Positions 52,825-64,000 of a stretch of DNA of 64,000 nt are shown piece by piece. The position numbers and the translations under genes are program-made. Within the stretch, counting starts at the first letter, position 1, and every line of letters starts with the position of its first letter. Source of the DNA: Raja brachyura (lineage: Eukaryota); assembly GCA_963514005.1 (NCBI GenBank), contig OY740784.1, forward strand, positions 86,056,001 to 86,120,000, in the 5' to 3' direction. Below the pieces are notes generated by a model. It was not told the origin of the DNA. It saw only the letters and a list, made by a program, of their open reading frames with translations, and made no database searches.

Positions 52825-53350
52825 TCCAATCTAATTTGAGGAAGGATATCCTTGTGATTGAGGCAGTGCAGCGTAGGTTCACAAGATTGATCCCTGGAAT
52901 GGCGGGACTGTCATATGAGGAAAGATTGAAAAGACTCGGCTTGTGTTCACTGGAGTTTAAAAGGATGAGGGGGGGGGGTCTTATAGAAACATATAAAATC
53001 ATAAAAGGACTGGACAAGCTAGATGCAGGAAAAATGTTCCCAGTTCAGAACCAGGGGCCACAGTCTTAGAATGAAGGGGAGGCCATTTAAGAATGAGGTG
53101 AGAAAAAATGTTTTCACTCAGAGAGTTGTGAATTTATGGAATTCCCTGCCACAGGGCAGTGGAGGCCAAATCACTGGATGGATTTAAGAGAGAGTTAGAT
53201 AGAGCACTAGGGGCTAGTGGAATCAAGGGATATGGGGAGAAGGCAGGCACAGGTTATTGACGGGGACGGTCAATCATGATCACAATGAATGGCGTTGCTG
53301 GCTCGAAGGGCCGAATGGCCTCCTCCTGCACCTATTTTCTATGTTTCTAT
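52825..53350 (+). mobile_element. CR1 3' end
   Basis: NLRKDILVIEAVQRRFTRLIPG; tail ttctatgtttctat. Confidence 0.9.
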
Positions 53351-53984
53351 GATCAATTGGTCATCACTTCGTACACCAAGCATGACAAATGCATGGATTT
53401 CTTCATCTCAAAGATTAACCAGCCCAGCAATTAACCCCTCTCCTCTCACAGCTACCACTGGCGACTGGTCTTAACTCAAGACCTCCATCGCTTTGTCCTT
53501 TCTCACTGCTCCTGCTACAAACTGCTCTCCATGCTCACCTTTCCCATGAGTAATTTCAGAACACACCGACCCTCCAAACAGTGCTGCGTTTCAAATGTTT
53601 TACAGCATTTACTCTCCAAGCTTTCCTTTCAATAATAAACTGCTAACACTGTCCCTTGCAAATGGTTGTCTCGAGTAACCACTGCTCAATTGTTGAGGAG
53701 AATTGCAAAGAACAGGACCATAGCCTTCCAACATCTCCCACAGCTTCCAAACAGAGCTTCACTTTTCCTACTTAATCCCTACCACACAGATCACCTGGCA
53801 AAAGTTCTCAGTGGACCCATACTTCACTTTCAGACTGCTGACTATTGAGATAACATTTGACGAAGCCAATCTCGTCACCTCTTCTCTTGCAACACAACTA
53901 ACTTCCTTCTAGATGCAGCCATTCAATATCTGGCTGTAGACAGCATAGTCATATTGCACAGATAAGGTTGCTTGTTCCATGAAA

Positions 53985-56190
53985 CATAGTAACATTGAAA
54001 AATAGGTGCAGGAGTAGGCCATTTGGCCCTTTGAGCCAGCACCGCCATTCAATATGATCATGGCTAATCATGTAAAATCAGTACCCCTTTCCTGTTTTTT
54101 CTCCATATCTCTCGATTCCTTTAGCCGCAAGAGCTAAATCTAACTCTCTCTTGAAAACATCCAGTGAATTGGCCTCCACTGCCTTCCATGGTGGAGAATT
54201 CCACAGATTCACAACTCTCTGGATGAAGAGGTTTTCCTCAGCTCAGTCCTTAATGGCCTACCCCTTATTCTTAAACTGTGACCTCTGATTCTGAACTCCC
54301 CCAATATCGGGAACATTTTTCCTGCAGTTATAGCAAGTGAAAATCTAGCAGGCAAGCAGGATGCGTTTTCCAACCGCCCCCCATTTGAAGTCCACTATCT
54401 TCCACCGTTTCCTGCATCTAGCCTGTCCAATCCTTTAAGAAATGTATTTGTGTCGATAAGATCCCTTCTCATCCTTCTAAATTCCAGTGAATTCAAGCCC
54501 AGTCGACCCATTCTTTCATCATATGTCAGTCCTGCCATCCTGAGAATTAACCTGGTGAAGTTACACTGCACTCGCTCAATAGCAATAATGTCTTTCCTCA
54601 AATTAGACCAAAATTGCACACAATACCCCAGGTGTAGTCTCACCAGGACCCAGCACAACTGCAGTAAGACGTCCTTGCTCCTAAACTCAAATCCTCAAAC
54701 AACGAAGGCCAACATGCCATTAGCTTTCTTCACTGCCTGTTGTACCTGCATGCTTACTCTCAGTGACTGATGTACAAGCACACCCAGGTCTCGTTGCACC
54801 TCCTCTTCTCCTAATCTGACAGTATTCAGATAATAATCTGCCTTCCTGTTCTTGCCAGCAAAGTGGATAACCTCACATTTATCCACATTATACTGCATCT
54901 GCCATGCATCTGCCCACTCACCCAACCTACCCAAGTCACACTGCAGCCTCACAGCATCCTCATCGCAGCTCACACCACCACCCAGCTTTGTGTCATCCGC
55001 AAACTTGCAGATGTCACATTTAATTCCGTCGGCTAATTCGTTAATATATATTGTAAATAACTGGGGTCCCAGCACAAGCCTTGCGGCAGCCCACTAGTCA
55101 CTGCAAGCAATTCTGAAAAAGACCCATTAATTCCTACTCTTTGCTTCCTGTCTTCAAACCAGTTCGCTATCCATGTCAAAACCCTACCCCCAATACCATG
55201 TGCTCTAATTTTGCCCACTAATCTGTTCAAGAAGGAACTGCAGATGCTGGAAAATCAAAGGTGGACAAAAATGCTGGAGAAACTCAGCAGGAAACTTAGT
55301 CTGAAGAAGGGTTTCAGCCCGAATGGTTGCCTATTTCCTTCGCTCCATAGATGCTGCCTCACCCGCTGAGCTTCTCCAGCATTTATGTCTACCTTTGCAC
55401 ACTAATCTCTTGTGTGGGACCTTGTCAAAGGATTTTTGAAAGTCCAGATACACCACATCCTCAAAAAATTCCAGAAGATTAATCAAGCATGATTTCCCTT
55501 TCGTAAATCCATGCTGACTTTGACCGATTCTGTCATTACTTTCCAAATGCGCTGCTATAACATCTTTAACAATTGACTCAAGCATCTTCCCCACTACCAC
55601 GTAAGGCTAACTGGTCTATAACTTCCCATTTTCTCTCCCCCTCCTTTCTTAAAAAGTGAGGTTACATTGTCAACCCTCCAGTCGACAGGAACTGATCCAG
55701 AGTCAGGCGAACATTGGAAAATGATCACCAATGCATCCACGATTTCTAGGGCCACCTCCTCGAGTACTCTGCGATGCGGACAATCAGGGGGGTTTATCTG
55801 CCTTCAATGCCAACAGTTTACCTGACAACATTTCCTGACTAATGTGGATCCCCTTCAGTTCCACCCTCCCACTAAATACACGGTCCCCTAGTATATCTGA
55901 GATTGGTTCTGCCCTCACTAAGGAAGGCACAAATACTCGTTGAACAGTTATGCCAGTTCCTTGTTTCCCCATTGTAAATTCACCTGATTCCGATTGCAAG
56001 GGACCTACATTTGGCTTCACTAACCTTTTCCTTTTAACATATCTAAAGAAGCTTTTAGAGTCAGTTTTTATATTCCCCGCAAGCTTTCTTTCATGGTCTT
56101 TTTTCCCCCCTCTTAATTAACCCCTTTGTCCTCCTCTGTTGAGTTCTAAATTTCTCCCAGTCCTCCGGTTTTGCTGCCTCCTCTGGCTTG
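53985..56190 (-). mobile_element. CR1 LINE (decayed RT) interrupted by a Penelope-derived element
   Basis: LGPQLFTIYINEL..KFADDTKL RT motif (ORF 54695-55075), QHGFTKGKSC, 3' tail. Confidence 0.9.
55225..55393. mobile_element. Palindromic Penelope-derived element inserted in CR1
   Basis: 15-bp TSD tttgc(c/a)cactaatct at 55210-55224 and 55394-55408. Confidence 0.8.
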
Positions 56191-56509
56191 ACATCCCAGT
56201 TTAAGCGCACTGACCATCAAGCAGAGAGACCACAGACTCATCAGCTCCCCCACGATTTTACCATTCACCTACACTATGAGCAACTTAGCAGCCAATTAGC
56301 CTACCAACCTGCAAGTCTTTGGGGCGTAGGTTGAAACTGGAGTATTCAGGACACATACATGGTCAGAGAAGATAAAGCTTTGCACCGATAATGTTGGAGG
56401 TTAGGATTGTACCCAGGTCACTTGCACGGCAAGGCAGAAGCACGCGTTGTGTCACTTTTCAGATTGTCAATAGAACTCTATTCCAATGATGCTTCCTTTA
56501 AGTAACTCA

Positions 56510-57255
56510 TTGTGGTCATGACATCCAGAGAATGGATGTGGTCCATTTGTCCAACTGATCACTGTACGGTATCTTGATCAGCTGGGATAAGTGTGCCAAG
56601 GAATGGCAAATTACGTTTAAGTACAGGGTATTGCACAATTGGGAAATCAAACTGAGGTAGGCCTTTTGCAGTGAATGGCAAGGGCCTGGGGAGTGTTGTA
56701 GAACAGAGACACCTAGGAACACAAGTACATAGCTCTCTGAACGTGGTGTTGCTGGTAGACAGATTGGTGATAAAGGCTTTTGGCCCACTGGCCTTCATCA
56801 GCAAAGGCATTGAGTACAGGAATTGGGATGTTATGTTGCAGTGGCACAAGATGTTGACGGGATTATACTTGGTGTAGTGTGCTCGGATTTGGTCAGGCTG
56901 TTACAGGAAGAATGGCATAAAGAGCAAGAAAGATCAACAAGGATGCTTGAATGAATCAAGGGACAGAGTTAAAGGGAGAGGCTTGTCAAGCTAGGATAGC
57001 AGGAGGCCGAATTATCTCAGAGAGGGCTATAGAATCATGAGGGGCATAGTTAAGCTGAATGCAGCCTGTTTTTATCTCCCAGGATGAGGGAATGAACAAC
57101 TGGAGGACATGGGTTGAGGGTGCGAGGAATACGCACGTGCACACACGAGAGGTGGTAGTTGAGGCAGGTACAATAACAACATTTAGACACTTGGACAGGT
57201 ACATGGATAGGAAATATTTAGAGGGATATGGGTCAAACGCAGGAAAATGGGTACA
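56510..57255 (+). mobile_element. Older CR1 fragment
   Basis: LGSVVEQRHLGTQVHSSL..AFISKGIEYR (ORF 56671). Confidence 0.75.
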
Positions 57256-57898
57256 AATTATTAAATATCAAGCCGCATTTCATTTAACATGTTCCCACTG
57301 ATAAAACGCCCTGTCAAAGTCAATGCAAAAAGAAAACACCATCCCGATACTACCTCCACCAGTCAGAACTGTTAACTACCTGTTCTCTTAACAGCCAATT
57401 CTGCACAATAAATGTATCTTGCTTTTGCACGCTCCAAGGCAAAACAGATGTTCTGAACTACGTGCTCACAAATCCTGCCTTTGGTTTAAGAGCCTTCTAA
57501 ACCCCGGAGTGTATTATTACCATATAATAGTCCCAGACATCTTGTTCACTACATCAGTATTCCCAGATGCTTATGTTTACTGCGGATTTATTTTTTTTAA
57601 ACAAGAACTACTCAGCAAGCATCCCAGTAGCCCATCACATTTACACAAGGTTTTGTACCAAAGTAATAGGATACAGACTCACACCAAGCCTATTTCAGCC
57701 AGTCAAAAGAAAATGCAAGAATCTTCTCTGCACAAAGAATAACTAGGACACCCAGAAGCACAAGATAAGCACACAGGTTATAGGAGAAAATTTAGGCCAT
57801 TCAGCCCATCTAGTCTACCCTGCATTTTACCATGCCAGATCTATCCTTCCTTCTCAACCCCATTCTCTTGCCTTCTCCCAATAACCCCTGACACCTGT

Positions 57899-58027
57899 GT
57901 TTAAGAAGGAACTGCAGATGCTGGAAAATCGAAGGTACACAAAAATGCTGGAGAAACTCAGCGGGTGCAGTAGCATCTATAGAGCGAATGAAATAGGCAA
58001 CGTTTCGGGCCGAAACCCTTCTTCAGT
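57899..58027 (-). mobile_element. Monomeric Penelope-derived element with the best-preserved hammerhead core
   Basis: 14-bp TSD cccctgacacctgt (57885-57898 / 58028-58041) inside a CR1 tail; minus strand CTGAAGA-A-GGGT-TTCG-GCCC-GAAA-CGTT at 57999-58026. Confidence 0.8.
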
Positions 58028-59107
58028 CCCCTGACACCTGTACTAATCAAGAATCTGTCAATTTCCATCTTAGAAATATCCACTGACGGCCTCCACAGCC
58101 TTCTGCGGCAATGAATTCCACAGATTCACCAGCCTCTGAATAAAGAAATGCTTCACCATCTCCTTTGTAAAGGCCTGATCAAACAAAAGATACATTTCCT
58201 GGGGATAGAATTGTTTGGAATTTGTTCCGTTGTGGCTATTAAATTAAGTGGAATTGGTTGCCATTGGGGCACCTTCAGTTGATCTAGATCTAGATCTGAA
58301 GACAACACAAGGAGCAGGCGACTGCACAATGGAGTTGCAGAGGAGGTTCACCAGGAAGGATGGTGCCTGGAATGGAAATTTTCCATTATGGACAGATGGA
58401 TTGAGTGGGTGAAGGCAGAGACTCTCATAACATTTACGAAGCATTCAAATTAGTACTTGAACTGCCTGGGCATAGAAAGCTTGAAATTAACTTCTAACCC
58501 TACATAACAAAGCCCAGTGAACGCCAGATTGGCCTCAAAAGACGTGGAAACTCTTGCTCTATGCAAGTGTAAGTAAAATACAAGTGGATACATATTTGCA
58601 GACACCTATCACTTCACTTTAACTCACAGGAAATCAAATCTTTAAAATTAAGTGGCAAACTGCATTAAATTGTGTAGATAAACTGATGTTCATCAAGTGA
58701 ACACGCATTCTGCAAAAACATAAATTTGGATTTTGCCAGAAAAATACAAAACTATTTCCTTTCCCTGTTCTTTCCAAAAAACACCACCATTAAGCAAGGA
58801 TGTTTTGACTGCAGAGTCTTACTATTTACCCAATTGGAACCCACTTTAACAGGCATCATTTGCCAGTAGTTTTTTAACATTCTTCCGCTTTGGAACACAG
58901 TAGCTGCCTCGGTAAAGTCTCCAAACATCAGCCAAGATTTATGGCAAATAAACAGATGAGTCAAAGAATCTGATGTCAATATTATGTCAGGAAGCCCCCA
59001 AGTCTGTTGCCACACAAACCGAAGGCGGCGAGAGGTGCAGAATGGTGGCCGGCGTTACAGAGGAGAACCGTCTCCTCAAATACTTAGAGATCTGACACTT
59101 TAAAATG

Positions 59108-59202
59108 TAAGATAAACATAAAAAGATGGAGTAACTCAGCGGGACAGGCAGCATCTCGGTAGAGGAGGAATGGATGACGTTTCGGGTCGGGACCCTTCTT
59201 CA
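59108..59202 (-). mobile_element. Short Penelope-derived element
   Basis: TSD tttaaaatg (59099-59107 / 59203-59211); core truncated at the C3 position. Confidence 0.7.
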
Positions 59203-59854
59203 TTTAAAATGCATGTTTACAACTAATTACCCTTCAAAATGCGTGCCAATTAACGAAATATTACAGCTGCAACATTGAAGGGGGAGGTTTCACGCCGAAT
59301 ACCAAAAGAAATGCAGTAAAATTTACGAATGAAAATCTAGTCTCCAGTAAAGTGAAATCGGCTCGTTGACATCCAGGGAAACACGGGCAGCAGGTGCATT
59401 GCACCTCATAAATCACACGAGGCACAACTTAGGATGATGACTTTAAAATTTACAGTTAAAATAATTTCCTTTCCCGCGTTATCACAGAGTATACCCTTTC
59501 ACGATGCTGAATTCCACCAAAATTATATGCTTCTGTGGTTTTTTAAAAATTACGCTGCATTCCAGTTTATTCAAAGGAAGCCCCTAGCAACAGGGTGGGA
59601 GATATCTGAACTCCCGAAAGCACATGTCCTGACTATACCACGCCGAGATCAATAGGCACTAAAAAGTAATTCTTAGCGTTGGTATAAATGCGGGCGTGCT
59701 TATTATTCTGTTTTATGGATTTAGAGCAGAAAGCATTCATGCAGTTTTAGGGACCGATGCTACGAACTACTCTGAACTGATAACATCGCATTTAGTAAAA
59801 ATGAACGCTTTTTTCCCCGTCATGTCGGTTCTTATCAGTTCAAAAATAAAAACA

Positions 59855-60022
59855 AGAGAGCTTTCAAGAGAGAGCTAGATAGGGCTCTTAAAAATAGAGT
59901 CAGGGGATATGGGGAGAAGCAGGAACGGGGTACTGATTGTGGATAATCAGCCATGATCACATTGAATGGCGGTGCTGGCTCGAAGGGCCGAATAGCCTAC
60001 TCCTGCACCTATTGTCTATTGT
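59855..60022 (+). mobile_element. CR1 3' end
   Basis: Tail ctattgtctattg, as in the 530-1380 copy. Confidence 0.85.
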
Positions 60023-60219
60023 AATCGTTTTTTTAAAACGAGCTCTTTGCTGTTGACCTATGGGTTTAAACCAGTGTGCGTTCGGGAGAGCGGTATACAT
60101 CTCTCTGTGTGTGCATGTGCGTTTAGTAAGTTGATGTATGCGTGAGTAATTGGTGTGCATTTGTGCAACGTACATGCGAACACTGGCTGTTGAGCCAAAT
60201 TTATAACGTTTCGGCTTAC

Positions 60220-60640
60220 CTAGGTTCACGAAACTCATGACCATATCTGCCTGGTTAAGGAAAGAGCTGTCCTGCAAGCTGGCCAGCGGCGGGCTCTGCG
60301 TGGTGAACACCGGTCTGTACTGATGCGAGAAGCCTTCCTCCTCCTCGCCTCCGGTGGACATGGCATTGTACAAGTCAAGCATGAAGAGGGGCGCCGAGTT
60401 ATGCTTCCCGTGCGAGTGAGGTCTGGGCCGGTGGGGTAGCCCCAGGATGGAGAGAATCTCCCGCTGCATGTTCTTCTTCTCGTGGTGTTTGAGGCGGCGG
60501 TGCACAAAGCTCGAGTGGAGCTCGCTGTGGCTGCCCGTGTCCAGCAGCAAGCTGCCCGCCACGGACAACCACTCGACCACCAGGCAACAGCTCCACAGTA
60601 GCCCGAGCGCGACTCCCCGCTCGACTGCAAATGCTCCCAT
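60220..60640 (-). CDS. bmp7: BMP7-like (BMP5/6/7/8 subfamily) coding exon 1: signal peptide and N-terminal prodomain
   Basis: ATG in acaATGG Kozak context; hydrophobic signal peptide; motifs [40 protein letters not shown] and [24 protein letters not shown] match the BMP7/BMP6 prodomain; phase-1 donor CTA G|gtaagc at 60220/60219. Exact paralogue (BMP7 vs BMP6 vs another) is uncertain. Confidence 0.93.
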
Positions 60641-61050
60641 TGTCCGGAACAGACAGATGCAAAACTTACAACGTGAAGCAAATGAGAAAACTTTTTTTTC
60701 CTATATATTTTTAAAAGTATATATACATTTAAATAAATACACAGTGTGCCTGCACCGAGCCGGCCCCGGTGTGCTGTGTGTATCCCACACTATCTCTGCT
60801 CTTCACATGTTATCAATGAACGATTCGAACTTCGCAGCAGGTAACACTCCAAACCCCCCTCTGTTACGTCACCTGATTGACGGCCCGACAAGCGACACAA
60901 CGTTCCATCCTTTCCGCGCGCTCCATTTGCGCCCAGTGAAGGCGGGCTTTTGCAAATGGGCTCCTCCCATTCATGCCTCCCCTCTCCTCACCCTGGCTGT
61001 CCATTGCTGCAAGTGGGATATAACGTCTTATTGCCCCAAGACTTGGGCTC
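60641..61050 (-). promoter_or_regulatory. 5' UTR and putative proximal promoter of the BMP gene
   Basis: Directly upstream of the ATG, repeat-free and CpG-retaining; CRE/ATF-like TTACGTCA at 60864-60871. The TSS cannot be determined from sequence. Confidence 0.5.
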
Positions 61051-61876
61051 TCAGTTTTACAGAAAATTAGATGACTTTTTTTTCACCTGTTCCAATGCCA
61101 AAGAGATGACATCCTTATAAAGTCACCCATTGTTTGGATATTTTTTTGCTAACGGTCAAATATTCTGTTTCTTCCCCTCAGGAGAGGGAGGTTAAAAACC
61201 ATGATTTTTATTTTAATAAATAGTCTTGCGACCTTCTTATTCCAAGACTCGGTATGAATGCGTTTAGATTAGGAGTTATATTGTCATTGCGAGTCACTGC
61301 ATCCGTTTCAAGTGTAGCATTCACAATCAGGGCACTGTTTTCCAAGTTGGCCATTAACAAAATGTTATTTTAGTCGTTATCTCCTGCATTCCTTGCTTCA
61401 TGATAATAGGACAGGGTGTTTCGCCGGAAACATTCAGTTTCGCACCACTTTATTTATCTGCGGAGATCGTTTGTTTTCTGGCCAGCGAGTTGACCTCTGC
61501 AAAATTAGGTGTTTTACGTAGAGGGAATTTCATTTGCTATTTAGTTTATTATAGTCGTTTATAATTTGTTCAATTTTTTGTCACTTCCATCAACGCTTTG
61601 CACGAGTCAATTATCAAACGATTAAATGATTCTGACTGAAACCAAAAGACTGAATTATGCACGGCACTTTTACATAAACCGACTATAAGGGAATACATCG
61701 GGATGGAAACCACAGATTATTTGTAAACCATGCCGCCAATTACTTGTTTTTTAACAAGCCGGGTGGGAGCGAAGGAGCAACCATATCTGCAATGTAACAC
61801 CGGGTGGTTCCGATTACTTGTGAATTTCACACTTTATACTTGTGGTGGTATTTTCAGATGAAAATATTATTTCACA

Positions 61877-61891
61877 GGCGCCATCTGGTGT
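61877..61891 (-). promoter_or_regulatory. Candidate CTCF-binding motif
   Basis: Minus strand ACACCAGATGGCGCC closely matches the CTCF core consensus; about 1.2 kb upstream of the ATG. Confidence 0.45.
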
Positions 61892-61953
61892 TAGGGCTAT
61901 GAAAAGCAGATACCAAATAAATCAGTGCTCACTGCCGATAGAAGGCACTTCTT

Positions 61954-62272
61954 CGGGTCCTCCTCGAGATACGGCAGGGTTCCGTTCCCGTAAGGAATAT
62001 AGGTGGAATACAGGGAGGGAGTGGCGATGAATGCGAGTCCAGATGGGGCACAGTGAAGAGAATGGGGCGTACCGAAAATTTGAGAATTCAATACCGTTAG
62101 GTTGTAAGATACCCAAACGGAATATGAAGTGCAGAACTCCACCTCACCCGTATCCACCCACAAACTTGCCAGGCTTTGCTCATGCCCCTCCTCTTTTCCA
62201 GCTTTTTCCCAACTGCTCGTTCCTATGCACAGGCTGTACACAAGTCGGGTGTTCGTAACTGAGGTGGACCTG
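61954..62272. mobile_element. Tigger-like MITE
   Basis: Degenerate TIRs cgggtcctcctcgagatacg / cgtaactgaggtggacctg. Confidence 0.5.
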
Positions 62273-63004
62273 CATCAAGCTGGTTAATGCACATTGATGC
62301 ACGGCCCGACACCACATGCTGACCCGTGAATATACGTTGATCAGTTTTCATTCTCATAATAATCCGCTAGCAGACTCTTTGGAAATTCTGTACGTTCGGC
62401 ATGTGGCTCACAATTCTCGCGCTTCTTTGAAATTTACTAAGTTGACTATCGCAAGTTGACTATGTTTCTAGTGTTTTAAGAAACATTTAGACAGGTACAT
62501 GTATAGGGCAGATTTGGAGGGATATGGGCCAAACGCAGGCAGTTGGGACGAGTTTAGATGGCACATGTTGGCCGGTGTGGACACGTTGGGCCGAAGGACC
62601 TGTTTCCACACAGTATGATTATGAAGCGACGACAAGAAAATGTATTTTTCTGCTATGTATCTTAAAAAAATGAATTGAAATATTTTGTATATTTAATAAC
62701 ATCCAATGGTTTGGAAAATCTACTGGCCCGGCACAACCACAACCCAGCATGCTGGAATTACAGAGTTTTAGTAGTTCTATAAACACTAGTTTAGACACAG
62801 TGGTGTTTAAACAATGATAGGTTATATAAAGATTCTGAAGTGTTGAGTCTGAAACAAGGAGTGCTCTGAAGAAATATTTTTGTGACACTTCTCCTTGGGG
62901 GAAAATGGCTGTTCAGTTACAACCGAGTGAGAAATGGATGGGAAAGTAGACAAGGTCTGAACCCATCGAGTGGTGGATCAGTTGTTGCCTTACAGCACCA
63001 GAGA

Positions 63005-64000
63005 CAATAGGTGCAGGAGTAGGCCATTCGGCCCTTCAAGCCAGCACCACCATTCAAAGTGATCATGGCTGATCACCCCCAATCAGTACCCCCTTCCTGC
63101 CTTCTCCTCATATCCTCTGACTCCGGTATCTTTAAGAGCCCTATCTAGCTCTCTTTTGAATGTATAATTCCCTGTTTTCTCTCTCCCATCTTTCTTATAA
63201 AGTGGGATAACATTAGCTACCCTCCAATCCACAGGAACTGATGTTGAATCGAAAGAACATTGGAAAATGATCACCAATGCATCCACAATTTCTTGAGCCA
63301 CTTCCTTAAGTACCCTGGGATGCAGACCAACAGGCTGTGGGGATTTATCAGCCTTCAGTCCCATCAGTGTACCCAACACCATTTCCTGCCTAATGTGGAT
63401 TTCCTTCAGTTCCTCCGTCACCCTAGATCCTCTGGCCACTAGTACATCAGGAAGATTGTTTGTGTCCTCCTTAGTGAAGACAGATCCAAGGTACCTATTC
63501 AACTCATCTGCCATTTCCTTGTTCCCCATAATAAATTCACCTGTTTCAGTCCTCAAGGGTCCAACTTTGATCTTAACTATTTTTTTCCTCTTCACATACC
63601 TAAAGAAGCTGTTACTATCCTCCTTTATATTCTTGACTATCTTACCTTCTCATCTTTTCTCCCCGTATTGTATTTTTAGTTATCTTCTGTTGCTCTTTAA
63701 ACATTACCCAATCCTCTTGCTTCCCACTCATCTTTGCTACGTTGTAATTCTTCTCTTTTATTTTTATACTGTCCCTGACTTCCTTTGTCAGACATGGTCG
63801 CCCCTTACTCCCCTTGGAATCTTTCTTCCTCTTTGGAATGAGCTGATCCTGCACCTTCTGTATTATTCCCAAAAACACCTGCCATTGCTGTTCCACTATC
63901 ATCCCTGCTAGGGTATCTTTCCAGTCAACTTTGGCCAGCTCCTCCCTCATGGCTCCATAGTCCCCTTTGTTCAATTGTAACACTGACACCTCCGATTTAC
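63005..64000 (-). mobile_element. CR1 LINE with a large internal gap; runs off the window
   Basis: ORFs 63642-63989 and 63083-63595 (LHPRVLKEVA..WRVANVIPLYKK) fused directly to the 3' terminal segment. Confidence 0.9.

Noticed and set aside
59957-60219. C-terminal 87 aa of the 227-aa ORF
   Set aside because: Read-through into intron 1 past the gtaagc donor; BMP similarity stops at FVNL.
60447-61070. 207-aa plus-strand ORF
   Set aside because: Antisense shadow of the GC-rich exon 1 and promoter; no recognisable domain.

Overview
Eukaryotic DNA, very probably from a cartilaginous fish (shark, skate or ray), judged from its repeats: HER1/CR1 LINEs, HE1-type V-SINEs and Deu-SINE remnants. The only host gene I can support is a BMP5/6/7/8-subfamily TGF-beta gene (BMP7-like) on the minus strand. 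Coding exons 1-3 lie at 60640-60220, 23701-23512 and 15017-14869 and splice in frame through GT-AG sites to give a signal peptide plus most of the prodomain. I found no exon for the mature domain; these probably lie before position 1. The rest is intron and promoter, densely filled with CR1, Rex1/Babar and L2 LINE fragments, tRNA-derived SINEs and DNA-transposon MITEs. The most notable non-gene signal is a family of short (about 100-240 bp), often palindromic inserts with 9-16 bp target-site duplications. They carry a minimal hammerhead-ribozyme core (CTGAAGA-stem-GAAACGTH) and link to a Penelope-like GIY-YIG remnant at about 24.1 kb. No prokaryote-type systems (CRISPR, operons) are present. 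Repeat boundaries were read by eye and are approximate unless a TSD is quoted.
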